Source of the DNA: Clostridia bacterium
GTDB lineage: Bacteria; Bacillota; Clostridia; Christensenellales; RUG350
DNA length: 37,386 nt
Reading direction: 5' to 3'
NCBI GenBank assembly: GCA_045633305.1
Contig: JAZQYG010000024.1
Location: forward strand, 1-37,386
Part shown: in pieces, positions 8,488-16,129 of the stretch
Position numbering within the stretch: position 1 is the stretch's first letter
Layout: each line of letters begins with the position of its first letter
Notes under the pieces: generated by a model
What the model saw: only the letters and a program-made list of their open reading frames with translations
Database searches by the model: none
What the model was told of the DNA's origin: nothing
Translations under genes and position numbers: made by a program

Positions 8488-10347
8488 CTACTTCTTTATG
8501 CTCTTCAACTTTAACAAAAGCACGGTTACGTCCGCAGGGGAAACACCCGATATTCTCGATGCTTGCGCAAGATTTTCGGGTTTTATTTGATTCAACTTTT
8601 CCGCCGCCTCAATTCGAAGTCCCTTTATTTCAAGGTAATCAATATCAGTAGGAAGAGCCATACTTTCAAGTTTCTTTTTCTTTTCTATTTCGCTCTTTTC
8701 TTTCGCTATATATCCACCGTATTTAAGTTCGGTAAACACGTAATCAAGGTTGTGCTTATCGTAACTTAATAATTCGGGGTAAATTTCAACGACCGCTTGT
8801 CTTGTGATTTCCGGACGCTTTATCATTTCTACGAAAGGCAAGGAGTTTTTAGGAAGAGTAGACGAACAAATATTACAAAGTTTAACTAGTCTTTCGTCAA
8901 GAGTAACGGTTTTTAATAATTCAGCGTTAATCTCTTCTATTTCTTTTAGCCTTTTTTCAAAAGCAATCTTTCTATCCTCTTTTACAAGTCCTATCTCAAT
9001 TCCAAGAGGAGTTAGTCTTATATCCGCGTTATCTTGACGAAGAGAAAGTCTATATTCCGCTCTTGAAGTCATCATCCTGTAAGGCTCTTGCGTACCTTTG
9101 GTAACCAAGTCGTCAATCAATACTCCTATGTAACTTTCCTCTCTTTTTAAAATAAGTGGCTCTTTATCTTGAATATATCTAACCGCGTTAACCCCTGCTA
9201 TTAATCCTTGAGCACCTGCCTCTTCGTATCCGCTCGAACCGTTGATTTGACCAGCGGAAAATAGTCCTCTATGACCTTTAAGTTCAAGAGAAGGACGAAG
9301 CGCAAGCGGGTCTATGCAATCGTATTCAATCGCATAAGCGTAACGCATTATTTCAGCGTTTTCAAGACCTTTTATTGAGTGCACCATCTCTTCTTGAATA
9401 TCGGCAGGAAGTGAAGTTGATAGACCTTGGATATATACCTCGTCAGTGTCCCCTCCTTCGGGCTCTAAAAAAAGTTGATGTCTTTCTTTGTCTTTGAAAC
9501 GCATTATTTTTACTTCGATAGACGGGCAATACCTCGGTCCAGTACCCTCTATAACACCGTTATAGAGAGGAGCTCTATCCATATTGTCCAGAATTAATTG
9601 ATGCGTTTTTTCGTTGGTGTAGGTCAAATAACAAGGTTTTTGCTCTTTGAGGTCAACGTCCGTCATCGTGGAAAAACTATATATATCCTCGTCGCCTTCG
9701 GCAAGTTCGGTTTTTGAGTAATCAATAGTTCTACCTAATACCCTCGGAGGAGTACCCGTTTTGAATCTACGAATAGGAATACCCAAATTTAACAAACTTT
9801 GGGTAAGATAGGACGCTTTCATAAATCCGCAAGGACCTTCCTCTCTAACCGTTTCACCTATTATAATTCTAGAATCAAGATAAACGCCCGTTGCAAGTAC
9901 GACTGCTTTCGCGTGAATTTCACCAAACTGCGTTTTAACTCCGTAAACCACACCGTTTTCTTCTAAAACGTCGGTAACCTCGGCTTGTAAAACCGAAAGG
10001 TTCTCCGTCTTTTCCAAAACGGATTTCATCCTTCTATGATAAAAATTCTTGTCGGACTGCGCTCTTAAACTTTGTACGGCTGGACCTTTTCCGCTATTGA
10101 GCATTTTAAGTTGGAGAAGAGTTTCGTCTGCGTTAACGCCCATTTCTCCGCCTAACGCGTCGATTTCGCGAACAAGATGACCTTTTGCCGTGCCTCCTAT
10201 GCTCGGGTTGCACGCCATAAAAGATATAGCCTCTAAGTTAAGAGTAATTAGTACTGTTTTCATGCCGAGTCTTGCCGAGGCAAGTCCCGCTTCTACTCCA
10301 GCGTGACCTGCGCCGACTACGGCTACGTCGTAATTTTTTACTTTCAT
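8488..10347 (-). CDS. mnmG: tRNA uridine-5-carboxymethylaminomethyl synthesis enzyme MnmG (GidA)
   Basis: FAD motif YDVAVVGAGHAGVEAG and a full-length 619-aa GidA architecture. It is adjacent to mnmE. Confidence 0.95.
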   Translation of the reverse strand: MKVKNYDVAVVGAGHAGVEAGLASARLGMKTVLITLNLEAISFMACNPSIGGTAKGHLVREIDALGGEMGVNADETLLQLKMLNSGKGPAVQSLRAQSDKNFYHRRMKSVLEKTENLSVLQAEVTDVLEENGVVYGVKTQFGEIHAKAVVLATGVYLDSRIIIGETVREEGPCGFMKASYLTQSLLNLGIPIRRFKTGTPPRVLGRTIDYSKTELAEGDEDIYSFSTMTDVDLKEQKPCYLTYTNEKTHQLILDNMDRAPLYNGVIEGTGPRYCPSIEVKIMRFKDKERHQLFLEPEGGDTDEVYIQGLSTSLPADIQEEMVHSIKGLENAEIMRYAYAIEYDCIDPLALRPSLELKGHRGLFSAGQINGSSGYEEAGAQGLIAGVNAVRYIQDKEPLILKREESYIGVLIDDLVTKGTQEPYRMMTSRAEYRLSLRQDNADIRLTPLGIEIGLVKEDRKIAFEKRLKEIEEINAELLKTVTLDERLVKLCNICSSTLPKNSLPFVEMIKRPEITRQAVVEIYPELLSYDKHNLDYVFTELKYGGYIAKEKSEIEKKKKLESMALPTDIDYLEIKGLRIEAAEKLNQIKPENLAQASRISGVSPADVTVLLLKLKSIKK

Positions 10348-10348
10348 A

Positions 10349-11659
10349 TTATTTCCCTACGCAGAACTTCTCAAATACGCCTTCTATAATGGCCTCGTCT
10401 GCCGTTTTTCCCGTGATTTTACCAAGAGCGGACCACGCGTTTCTCAAATCTACCGCAGTGCAGTCAATGGTAACCAAATTATAATTATTTTCCGCTTGAA
10501 CAAGGGATTCTCTTGCCTCAAATAACGCCTCTACGTGACGAGCCTCGGTTATTATCTCTCCGTCTTCCGTACCTATAAGAGATGCGATATCGTCAAGTAA
10601 TTGATTGATGCCTTCACCAGTTTTTGCCGAAATTCTTCTGTGCTCTTCTTCTCTAACGATAGGAGCGTCACATTTATTTATGCAATAGAAAATCTTTTTA
10701 TCTTTGAATAGTTTAATAAGTTCTTCTTCGCTATCGTCTTTTTGTTTGGTGCCGTCAAGAAGAAAAACGATAACGTCGGCAGAAAGAGAGGCTTGTTTTG
10801 CTCGCTCTATTCCGACCTTTTCCACGATATCCTCGCTCTCTCTAATACCCGCTGTATCAAGAAAACGAATTTTGACTCCTTCGTGCAAAATAGACTCTTC
10901 TATCGTATCTCTCGTCGTTCCCTCAACGTCGGTTACAATTGCTCTCTCTTCACCTAAAATAGCGTTCAAAAGAGAAGATTTACCCGAATTAGGTTTGCCT
11001 ATGATTGCAACCAGTATACCGTTTTTGATATATCTACCTTTTTGGGCGGTACTGGCAAGTTCTTCTACCTTTTGACGAACTGATATAATTTTGGAAGGGG
11101 TTTGCTCGTAAACTTCCTCTTCAACTTCTTCAGGATAATCAATAGCAGCAGAACAAGCAACGAGCATTTCTTCTATCTCTTCTTGTAGAGAGGTGATAAC
11201 GGCGTAAAGTTTACCAGTCATTTGTCTGTACGCGCGATTTAATTGAACTGCGCTATCGGCAGAAATCATATCGGCAACGCCTTCCGCCTCGTCCAAACTC
11301 ATCTTGCCGTTTAGAACCGCTCTTTGAGTGAATTCACCGCACTCGGCAAGTTTTGCTCCTCTTTGAATAAGAGTTTCGAGTACCCTTCTACACAAAAATA
11401 CTCCCCCGTGAACGTGAAATTCAACGAGGTTTTCACCTGTATAAGAAAAAGGCGCTACGAATTTGACACACATGCAACGCTCGTCAAAACCCTCGCCGAT
11501 AAATCTACCAAGTTTCATTTCCCTTTCTCTTTGCTCGCAAAAAGGAACGGCAGACGTGAAAGATTTCTCCGCTATTTCAAAGGCTCTATCGCCCGAAAGT
11601 CTTATTATTCCTATTCCACCCGCGCCGTGCGCAGTCGATATGGCTACTATGGTATGCAT
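10349..11659 (-). CDS. mnmE: tRNA modification GTPase MnmE (TrmE)
   Basis: G1 motif GKPNSGKSSL, DTAGIR, and the C-terminal FCVGK motif. Confidence 0.95.
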   Translation of the reverse strand: MHTIVAISTAHGAGGIGIIRLSGDRAFEIAEKSFTSAVPFCEQREREMKLGRFIGEGFDERCMCVKFVAPFSYTGENLVEFHVHGGVFLCRRVLETLIQRGAKLAECGEFTQRAVLNGKMSLDEAEGVADMISADSAVQLNRAYRQMTGKLYAVITSLQEEIEEMLVACSAAIDYPEEVEEEVYEQTPSKIISVRQKVEELASTAQKGRYIKNGILVAIIGKPNSGKSSLLNAILGEERAIVTDVEGTTRDTIEESILHEGVKIRFLDTAGIRESEDIVEKVGIERAKQASLSADVIVFLLDGTKQKDDSEEELIKLFKDKKIFYCINKCDAPIVREEEHRRISAKTGEGINQLLDDIASLIGTEDGEIITEARHVEALFEARESLVQAENNYNLVTIDCTAVDLRNAWSALGKITGKTADEAIIEGVFEKFCVGK

Positions 11660-11661
11660 AT

Positions 11662-11689
11662 AAAAAATATAAGGGGCGAAACGCCCCTT
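11662..11689 (-). terminator. Hairpin/partial terminator between jag and mnmE
   Basis: The minus strand reads aaggggcg-ttt-cgcccctt, then atatttttt. The U-run is offset by 4 nt, so this is possibly an attenuating rather than a full terminator. Confidence 0.5.
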
Positions 11690-11696
11690 TTAGTTA

Positions 11697-12602
11697 TTAT
11701 CTCTTTTTGTATCCGAAACTTCTTAATTTTCCGGGACCTTTTTTGCTAAAACTCGTACTTGACTTTTCCTTATATTCATCACTTGGTGCATAAGGGTCGT
11801 ATTCGTTAGACGCTTTAGGCTTGTAGTTGTCGTGATTTCTTGCGCTTGCTCTTTCCTTTCTTTGAGGACGAGCGTCACGTCTTTTTGAATCACGTCTATC
11901 ACGATAACGCTCGGGCTCTGCACCCGGTGTTTCGTTCTCGGGAATAATAACGACGTATCTATTCGGTTCTTCTCCCGCGCTTTCAGTATGAGCCTTGTCG
12001 CTTTCAGATAAAGCAGCGTGTATTGCTCTACGTTCAAAAGGATTCATGGGCTCAAGTTCAATACGTCTTCCGAGTCTATCTGCCTTTTCTGCAAGGTTTA
12101 CAGCAAGATTAGAAAGAACCTTGGTACGTTTTGCGCGATAGTTCTCCGCATCAACTACTACTCTTATAAATCCGCTTTCACCTTTGTTTGCAACTAAAAG
12201 GGTAAGATATTGAACGGCGTCAAGAGTCTCTCCGCGATATCCTATAAGAGCAGAACTGTCAGAGCCGGTAACGCTTATAGTAACGTCGTCACCAGTTTGA
12301 GCAAGACTAGCCGTACAATCAAGATTCATAGAGGTCAAAAGTCCTTTAATGAAATCAAAGGCGCGACGAGCAGGCTCTCCGATTTCGGTTTGGTTTTTTG
12401 CATCAAGAACGAGTTCTTGGTCAATTTCCGGAGCGCTCGTTATTTCAACTCCCCTTTTAGATACTCTAACTACGGCTTTTGATAAAAGTTTACCTTCGGA
12501 AAGAATTTCTATTTCCGCTTCTTCTCTTGTTATGCCGAGTTCTGAAAGTGCAAGGTCTATGGCTTTTTCAACCGAAGACGCTTTCTTTTCTACGTAATCC
12601 AT
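11697..12602 (-). CDS. jag: Jag/KhpB RNA-binding protein (Jag_N + KH + R3H) with long basic C-terminal tail
   Basis: Jag_N (SVEKAIDLALSELG), KH-like (ALIGYRGETLDAVQYL) and R3H (MNPFERRAIHAAL). It sits in the conserved position after yidC. Confidence 0.85.
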   Translation of the reverse strand: MDYVEKKASSVEKAIDLALSELGITREEAEIEILSEGKLLSKAVVRVSKRGVEITSAPEIDQELVLDAKNQTEIGEPARRAFDFIKGLLTSMNLDCTASLAQTGDDVTISVTGSDSSALIGYRGETLDAVQYLTLLVANKGESGFIRVVVDAENYRAKRTKVLSNLAVNLAEKADRLGRRIELEPMNPFERRAIHAALSESDKAHTESAGEEPNRYVVIIPENETPGAEPERYRDRRDSKRRDARPQRKERASARNHDNYKPKASNEYDPYAPSDEYKEKSSTSFSKKGPGKLRSFGYKKR

Positions 12603-12624
12603 AATTTATTACTTCCTTGTGTTA

Positions 12625-13671
12625 TTAGCGTTTAAAGGTGTGAGTCAAAAGATAATCGTCCTCTTTTTTGTCTTTCCTGTCCGTTATCAAGTTGTAGATA
12701 AATCCAAAGGTAAAAGAGAATAACTGACTCACCAAAAGATAGATGGTAAACGCAGCACTATAAAAGAGTGCGAAAAATCCCATCATTGCAGGCATCATAA
12801 ATTTCATCATAGCGCCGTTTGCCATTTGCGCAGACGCGTCGGTGTCCAAAGTAGGAGGAGTTTGCTGACGCATAACGAATTGAGAACCGAGAGTTAGTAG
12901 GACGGTCAATATAGGTAAAATCAAATAACCGTTCCAACCTTGGTTTTCTTGTTGCGCTCTTATAATGCCAGTATAAGTTTCGTAATCGTTTTTAGTTCCG
13001 CCTACGAACTCTTTATCTACGCCGAGGCCCCCAAGACCAGCGTTAGTGAATTCTTCGTAACTTGGGAAAGGCGAAGACCAGTTGTCGCCTACGAAAACGT
13101 TTTTGACCCAAAGCCAACCGGGTCTATCGTACGTTTCTAAAACAGCCTCTTGCGCTGCTTTAACGACTTCTTCGCTATCTCTATTTAGAGTATGTCCACT
13201 TTCTTCAATTTTTTCATTGACCGTTCTTTCGTATACGGTAGCAATCTCGTAATAATCTCTCTTTACGCTATAAGTTGCCATTTCGTTAAATCCGGCAAAT
13301 ACGATAAAGAACACTACGAGCGTTACGATAAGAGGCAAACAACTTCCGAGCATAGAATAGCCCTCTTTTTTGTAGAGTTGAAGTTGTTTGGTTTGGAACA
13401 TTTGCTTGTCGTTAGCGTATTGCTTTTGAAGTTTAGCAATTTGGGGTTGCATACGCTTCATTGCGCGAGAATTTTTGTGCATAACGGACTTTTGCCAAAT
13501 ATCGAGAGGAGATAAAGCAAGTTTCAAAATAAGCGTAAATACTACGACAGTCCAGCCGTAGTTACCTATCCATCCGTATAACAAATTAATAAATTGCGCA
13601 ATAAAATGGTTAATCGTGGGCTCTTTTGGTACTTGCGCCAAAAGAACGCCTGCGTTAGTTATAAAACCCAT
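12625..13671 (-). CDS. yidC: Membrane protein insertase YidC/Oxa1 family
   Basis: Multi-TM protein with KMQPQIAKLQKQY and CLPLIV motifs, in a yidD-yidC-jag context. Confidence 0.9.
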   Translation of the reverse strand: MGFITNAGVLLAQVPKEPTINHFIAQFINLLYGWIGNYGWTVVVFTLILKLALSPLDIWQKSVMHKNSRAMKRMQPQIAKLQKQYANDKQMFQTKQLQLYKKEGYSMLGSCLPLIVTLVVFFIVFAGFNEMATYSVKRDYYEIATVYERTVNEKIEESGHTLNRDSEEVVKAAQEAVLETYDRPGWLWVKNVFVGDNWSSPFPSYEEFTNAGLGGLGVDKEFVGGTKNDYETYTGIIRAQQENQGWNGYLILPILTVLLTLGSQFVMRQQTPPTLDTDASAQMANGAMMKFMMPAMMGFFALFYSAAFTIYLLVSQLFSFTFGFIYNLITDRKDKKEDDYLLTHTFKR

Positions 13672-13901
13672 TTTGATTTTCCTTTATAATTTAATTTGAC
13701 GGGATTAAAACCACCCTTTGAAAATGGATTGCATCTAATGATTCTATACGCGCCAAGCGCACACCCTTTAATACAACCGTGCTCGCGTATCGCCTCTATG
13801 GTGTACTGGCTACAAGTCGGAGTGTAGATGCATTTTGCCCCTAAAACGGGAGAAAGATATCGTTGGTAAAATCTTATCGCTTTTATAAAAAGCAATTTCA
13901 T
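13659..13901 (-). CDS. yidD: Membrane protein insertion efficiency factor YidD
   Basis: YQRYLSP...C.YTPTCSQYTIEAIREHG signature, 80 aa. Confidence 0.92.
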   Translation of the reverse strand: MKLLFIKAIRFYQRYLSPVLGAKCIYTPTCSQYTIEAIREHGCIKGCALGAYRIIRCNPFSKGGFNPVKLNYKGKSKWVL

Positions 13902-14248
13902 TATTTTCCACCTTCAACTATAAGACCTGCCTTTTTGACCTGTCTTTCGAGTGAATCCCTAATTTCAGTAAAACTTGCTAGAGTAATAGAACTTCTAGCA
14001 ACGAAAATTAAATGATAACCGCTTTTGATTTTTGGCAAAAACGAGCGAACTGCCTCACGCATTTTGCGTTTGACAAGATTGCGGGTAACGCTTCCGCCTA
14101 TTTTTTTAGAAACGGAGAAACCTATCATAAGACTTCCCCGCGCTTCGGTAAAGAGCAAAACGGAGTTACGTCCGCCTACGCTCTTACCTTTTCTGTAAAT
14201 GTAATTGAAACTGCGGTTATTTTTGAGCCTATAGCGCCCGGGAAGCAT
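13901..14248 (-). CDS. rnpA: Ribonuclease P protein component
   Basis: A 115-aa basic protein immediately downstream of rpmH. Contains the VSKKIGGSVTRNLVKRKMRE RNR-like motif. Confidence 0.9.
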   Translation of the reverse strand: MLPGRYRLKNNRSFNYIYRKGKSVGGRNSVLLFTEARGSLMIGFSVSKKIGGSVTRNLVKRKMREAVRSFLPKIKSGYHLIFVARSSITLASFTEIRDSLERQVKKAGLIVEGGK

Positions 14249-14251
14249 AAA

Positions 14252-14386
14252 TTATGCCGAAAGCGATGCTCTACCCTTTCTGCGTCTGCGAGAGAGTACG
14301 TTTCTACCCGAACGGGTTTGCATTCTCTTACGGAATCCGTGTACTTTGCTTCTTTGTCTTTTTTTAGGTTGATAAGTCCTTTTCAT
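14252..14386 (-). CDS. rpmH: 50S ribosomal protein L34 (below the ORF-track length cutoff)
   Basis: Manual translation of the minus strand gives [44 protein letters not shown]. The stop is 3 nt before the rnpA start. Confidence 0.93.
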   Translation of the reverse strand: MKRTYQPKKRQRSKVHGFRKRMQTRSGRNVLSRRRRKGRASLSA

Positions 14387-14445
14387 CGTTGTATATCCTC
14401 ACTTTATGATAATCAAAATTCAAGCGGTATAAAACCGCACTATTG

Positions 14446-14474
14446 ATTATATATAAAAATAGTAACTTTGTCAA
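14446..14474 (-). promoter_or_regulatory. Consensus sigma-A promoter for rpmH-rnpA operon
   Basis: The minus strand reads TTGACA (14474-14469), 17-nt spacer, TATAAT (14451-14446). Confidence 0.65.
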
Positions 14475-14497
14475 ACGATATTCGCCTTTTTCGCATA

Positions 14498-14749
14498 TTA
14501 TTCAAGCGTCGACATACAAATTGGAATATCGTGCAACCTTTCTCCGATAGCAACGGCTACGATTTCGTATTTTCCGCTATCATCAAGGGAAATTTTTACT
14601 TTCACAAAAGGCTCACTCAGTTCAAAATAATGCGAAAGAGTCTCTTTCAAATCTGCAGAAAGTAGTGCGTTAAATCCGTCGGGGATATTGCTTTTATCCT
14701 TAAAAAGTATCCGTTTAGTGCGCATGAGCGCAAGTTTAGATTTTTTCAT
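14498..14749 (-). CDS. minE: MinE-like cell division topological specificity factor
   Basis: 83 aa, with an ATGA-type 4-nt overlap with minD. The central part (ILFKDKSNIP...LKETLSHYFELSEPFVKVKISLD) follows the MinE pattern. The N-terminus is atypical. Confidence 0.55.
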   Translation of the reverse strand: MKKSKLALMRTKRILFKDKSNIPDGFNALLSADLKETLSHYFELSEPFVKVKISLDDSGKYEIVAVAIGERLHDIPICMSTLE

Positions 14750-15522
14750 ATTCTTCTCCTTTGCGCCCTAGCACGTCCAAAAAAACCTCGGTATTTTGCG
14801 GTGCAATCTATGATTTTCTTGCTTCCCGTTTCCACGTTTTCTGCAAATAGTGAAAATACTCCGGTAGTATCTGCAAAACTTCCGCAAGAGGCGGAAAGGG
14901 CAATATCGTCGCTTTCAGGAATTACGGCAATAGGAGTTTTGCGCATTATTCTGCAAATATCTTCAACTCCCATCATCTCGCGACTAAGCACTAAATCACC
15001 TCGAATTCTATTTATAACCAACCCAACTTGCTTTAACTTGTACGAGGAAAGCAAGGTCAACACCTTGTCCGCGTCACGAAGGGAAGAAATGCCGGGATTC
15101 ACGACTACGTACGCCTCGTCCGCCATAGAAACAGCCCTATGAAATCCTCCCGATATTCCCGCCGGACAATCGATTAAAACGTAGTCGAATCCTTTTAAAC
15201 TTTCTACCAAAGTCTTAAACTGCGCGCTCAAAAGTTTACTGTCTCCAAAGGTATGAGTGGATGGGAGTATAAACAAATTAGGAATAAACATATCCTCAAT
15301 AAGGGCTTGCTTTATCCTACATTTACCTGCAATCACGTCGAATACGTCGTAAACGACTTTATTCTCCACTCCCATCAAAACGTCCAGATTGTTAAGTCCG
15401 ACGTCGGCGTCAAGCATAACGACTCTTTTGCCCCTTTTTGCAAGTCTTACTCCAAGATTTGCGCAAATAGTCGTCTTACCTACCCCTCCTTTTCCCGATG
15501 TTATCACGATTCGTCTTGTCAT
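14746..15522 (-). CDS. minD: Septum site-determining ATPase MinD
   Basis: Deviant Walker A SGKGGVGKTT, DADVGLNNLDVLMG, and a C-terminal amphipathic tail GFFGRARAQRRRI. Confidence 0.92.
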   Translation of the reverse strand: MTRRIVITSGKGGVGKTTICANLGVRLAKRGKRVVMLDADVGLNNLDVLMGVENKVVYDVFDVIAGKCRIKQALIEDMFIPNLFILPSTHTFGDSKLLSAQFKTLVESLKGFDYVLIDCPAGISGGFHRAVSMADEAYVVVNPGISSLRDADKVLTLLSSYKLKQVGLVINRIRGDLVLSREMMGVEDICRIMRKTPIAVIPESDDIALSASCGSFADTTGVFSLFAENVETGSKKIIDCTAKYRGFFGRARAQRRRI

Positions 15523-15706
15523 AAAATCTCCTTTTGCTCAAATATTGTAACCTACGAGAAAGAGAAAAAAGGGTGTATTTATATCAAAAAACCAAAAAAT
15601 TTGACGATAAAAATTAAAAAGCGCTTGTAATAAAAACAACAGATAAGGAAATACTCAAAACGGAACGAAATTACGTCCCTTTTCATAAAATAAAATATAA
15701 CAGAAG

Positions 15707-16057
15707 GTGAAAAAATTGATTAAACGAGGAGAACTTTACTATGCCGATTTAAGTCCAGTCGTTGGGAGCGAGCAAGGAGGAATCAGACCCGTACTTATAG
15801 TTCAAAACGACGTTGGAAACAAATACAGCCCGACTATTATCGCGGCTGCAGTTACCAGTAGACTAGACAAGGCGCGCCTACCTACCCATATACTCTTAAC
15901 CGGTGAGTGCGGTCTACCTAAAAACAGTATAGTTCTACTTGAACAATTGAGAACGCTAGACAAAAGACGACTCAAAGAAAAAATAGGTGAAATAGGAGAC
16001 GAGGTAATGCAAAACGTCAACCAAGGTCTTTTGATTTCCCTAGGATTTTACGTTTAG
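15707..16057 (+). CDS. mazF: MazF/EndoA(NdoA)-type mRNA interferase toxin
   Basis: KRGELYYADLSPVVGSEQGGIRPVLIVQNDVGNKYSPTIIAAAVTS...LPTH...SIVLLEQLRTLDKRRL closely resembles EndoA. The track start is GTG at 15707. TTG at 15716 (after GAAGGTG) is an alternative start. Confidence 0.88.
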   Translation: MKKLIKRGELYYADLSPVVGSEQGGIRPVLIVQNDVGNKYSPTIIAAAVTSRLDKARLPTHILLTGECGLPKNSIVLLEQLRTLDKRRLKEKIGEIGDEVMQNVNQGLLISLGFYV

Positions 16058-16086
16058 ACAAAAAGGTGATTTAGAACGAAATTTAT

Positions 16087-16120
16087 AAAAAAAGGATTCG
16101 GAATTTTCCGAATCCTTTTA
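16087..16120. terminator. Bidirectional terminator between mazF and PrsA-like gene
   Basis: Hairpin ggattcgga-attt-tccgaatcc, flanked by an A-run and a T-run. Confidence 0.8.
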
Positions 16121-16129
16121 ATTTGTTTC

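Noticed and set aside
15600-15684. Promoter (TTGACG...) and hairpin plus T-tract upstream of mazF, considered as an RNA antitoxin or attenuator.
   Set aside because: The spacing to any -10-like hexamer is poor. The hairpin is only 5 bp with a bulge, and there are no tandem repeats of the type III ToxI kind. It is mentioned under the mazF finding but not called as a feature.
14387-15706. Possible oriC / DnaA-box cluster next to rpmH.
   Set aside because: I found no TTATCCACA or close variants in the two intergenic regions. The only 8/9 match I noticed (ttatccact, 31251..31259) is isolated inside the binding-protein gene.
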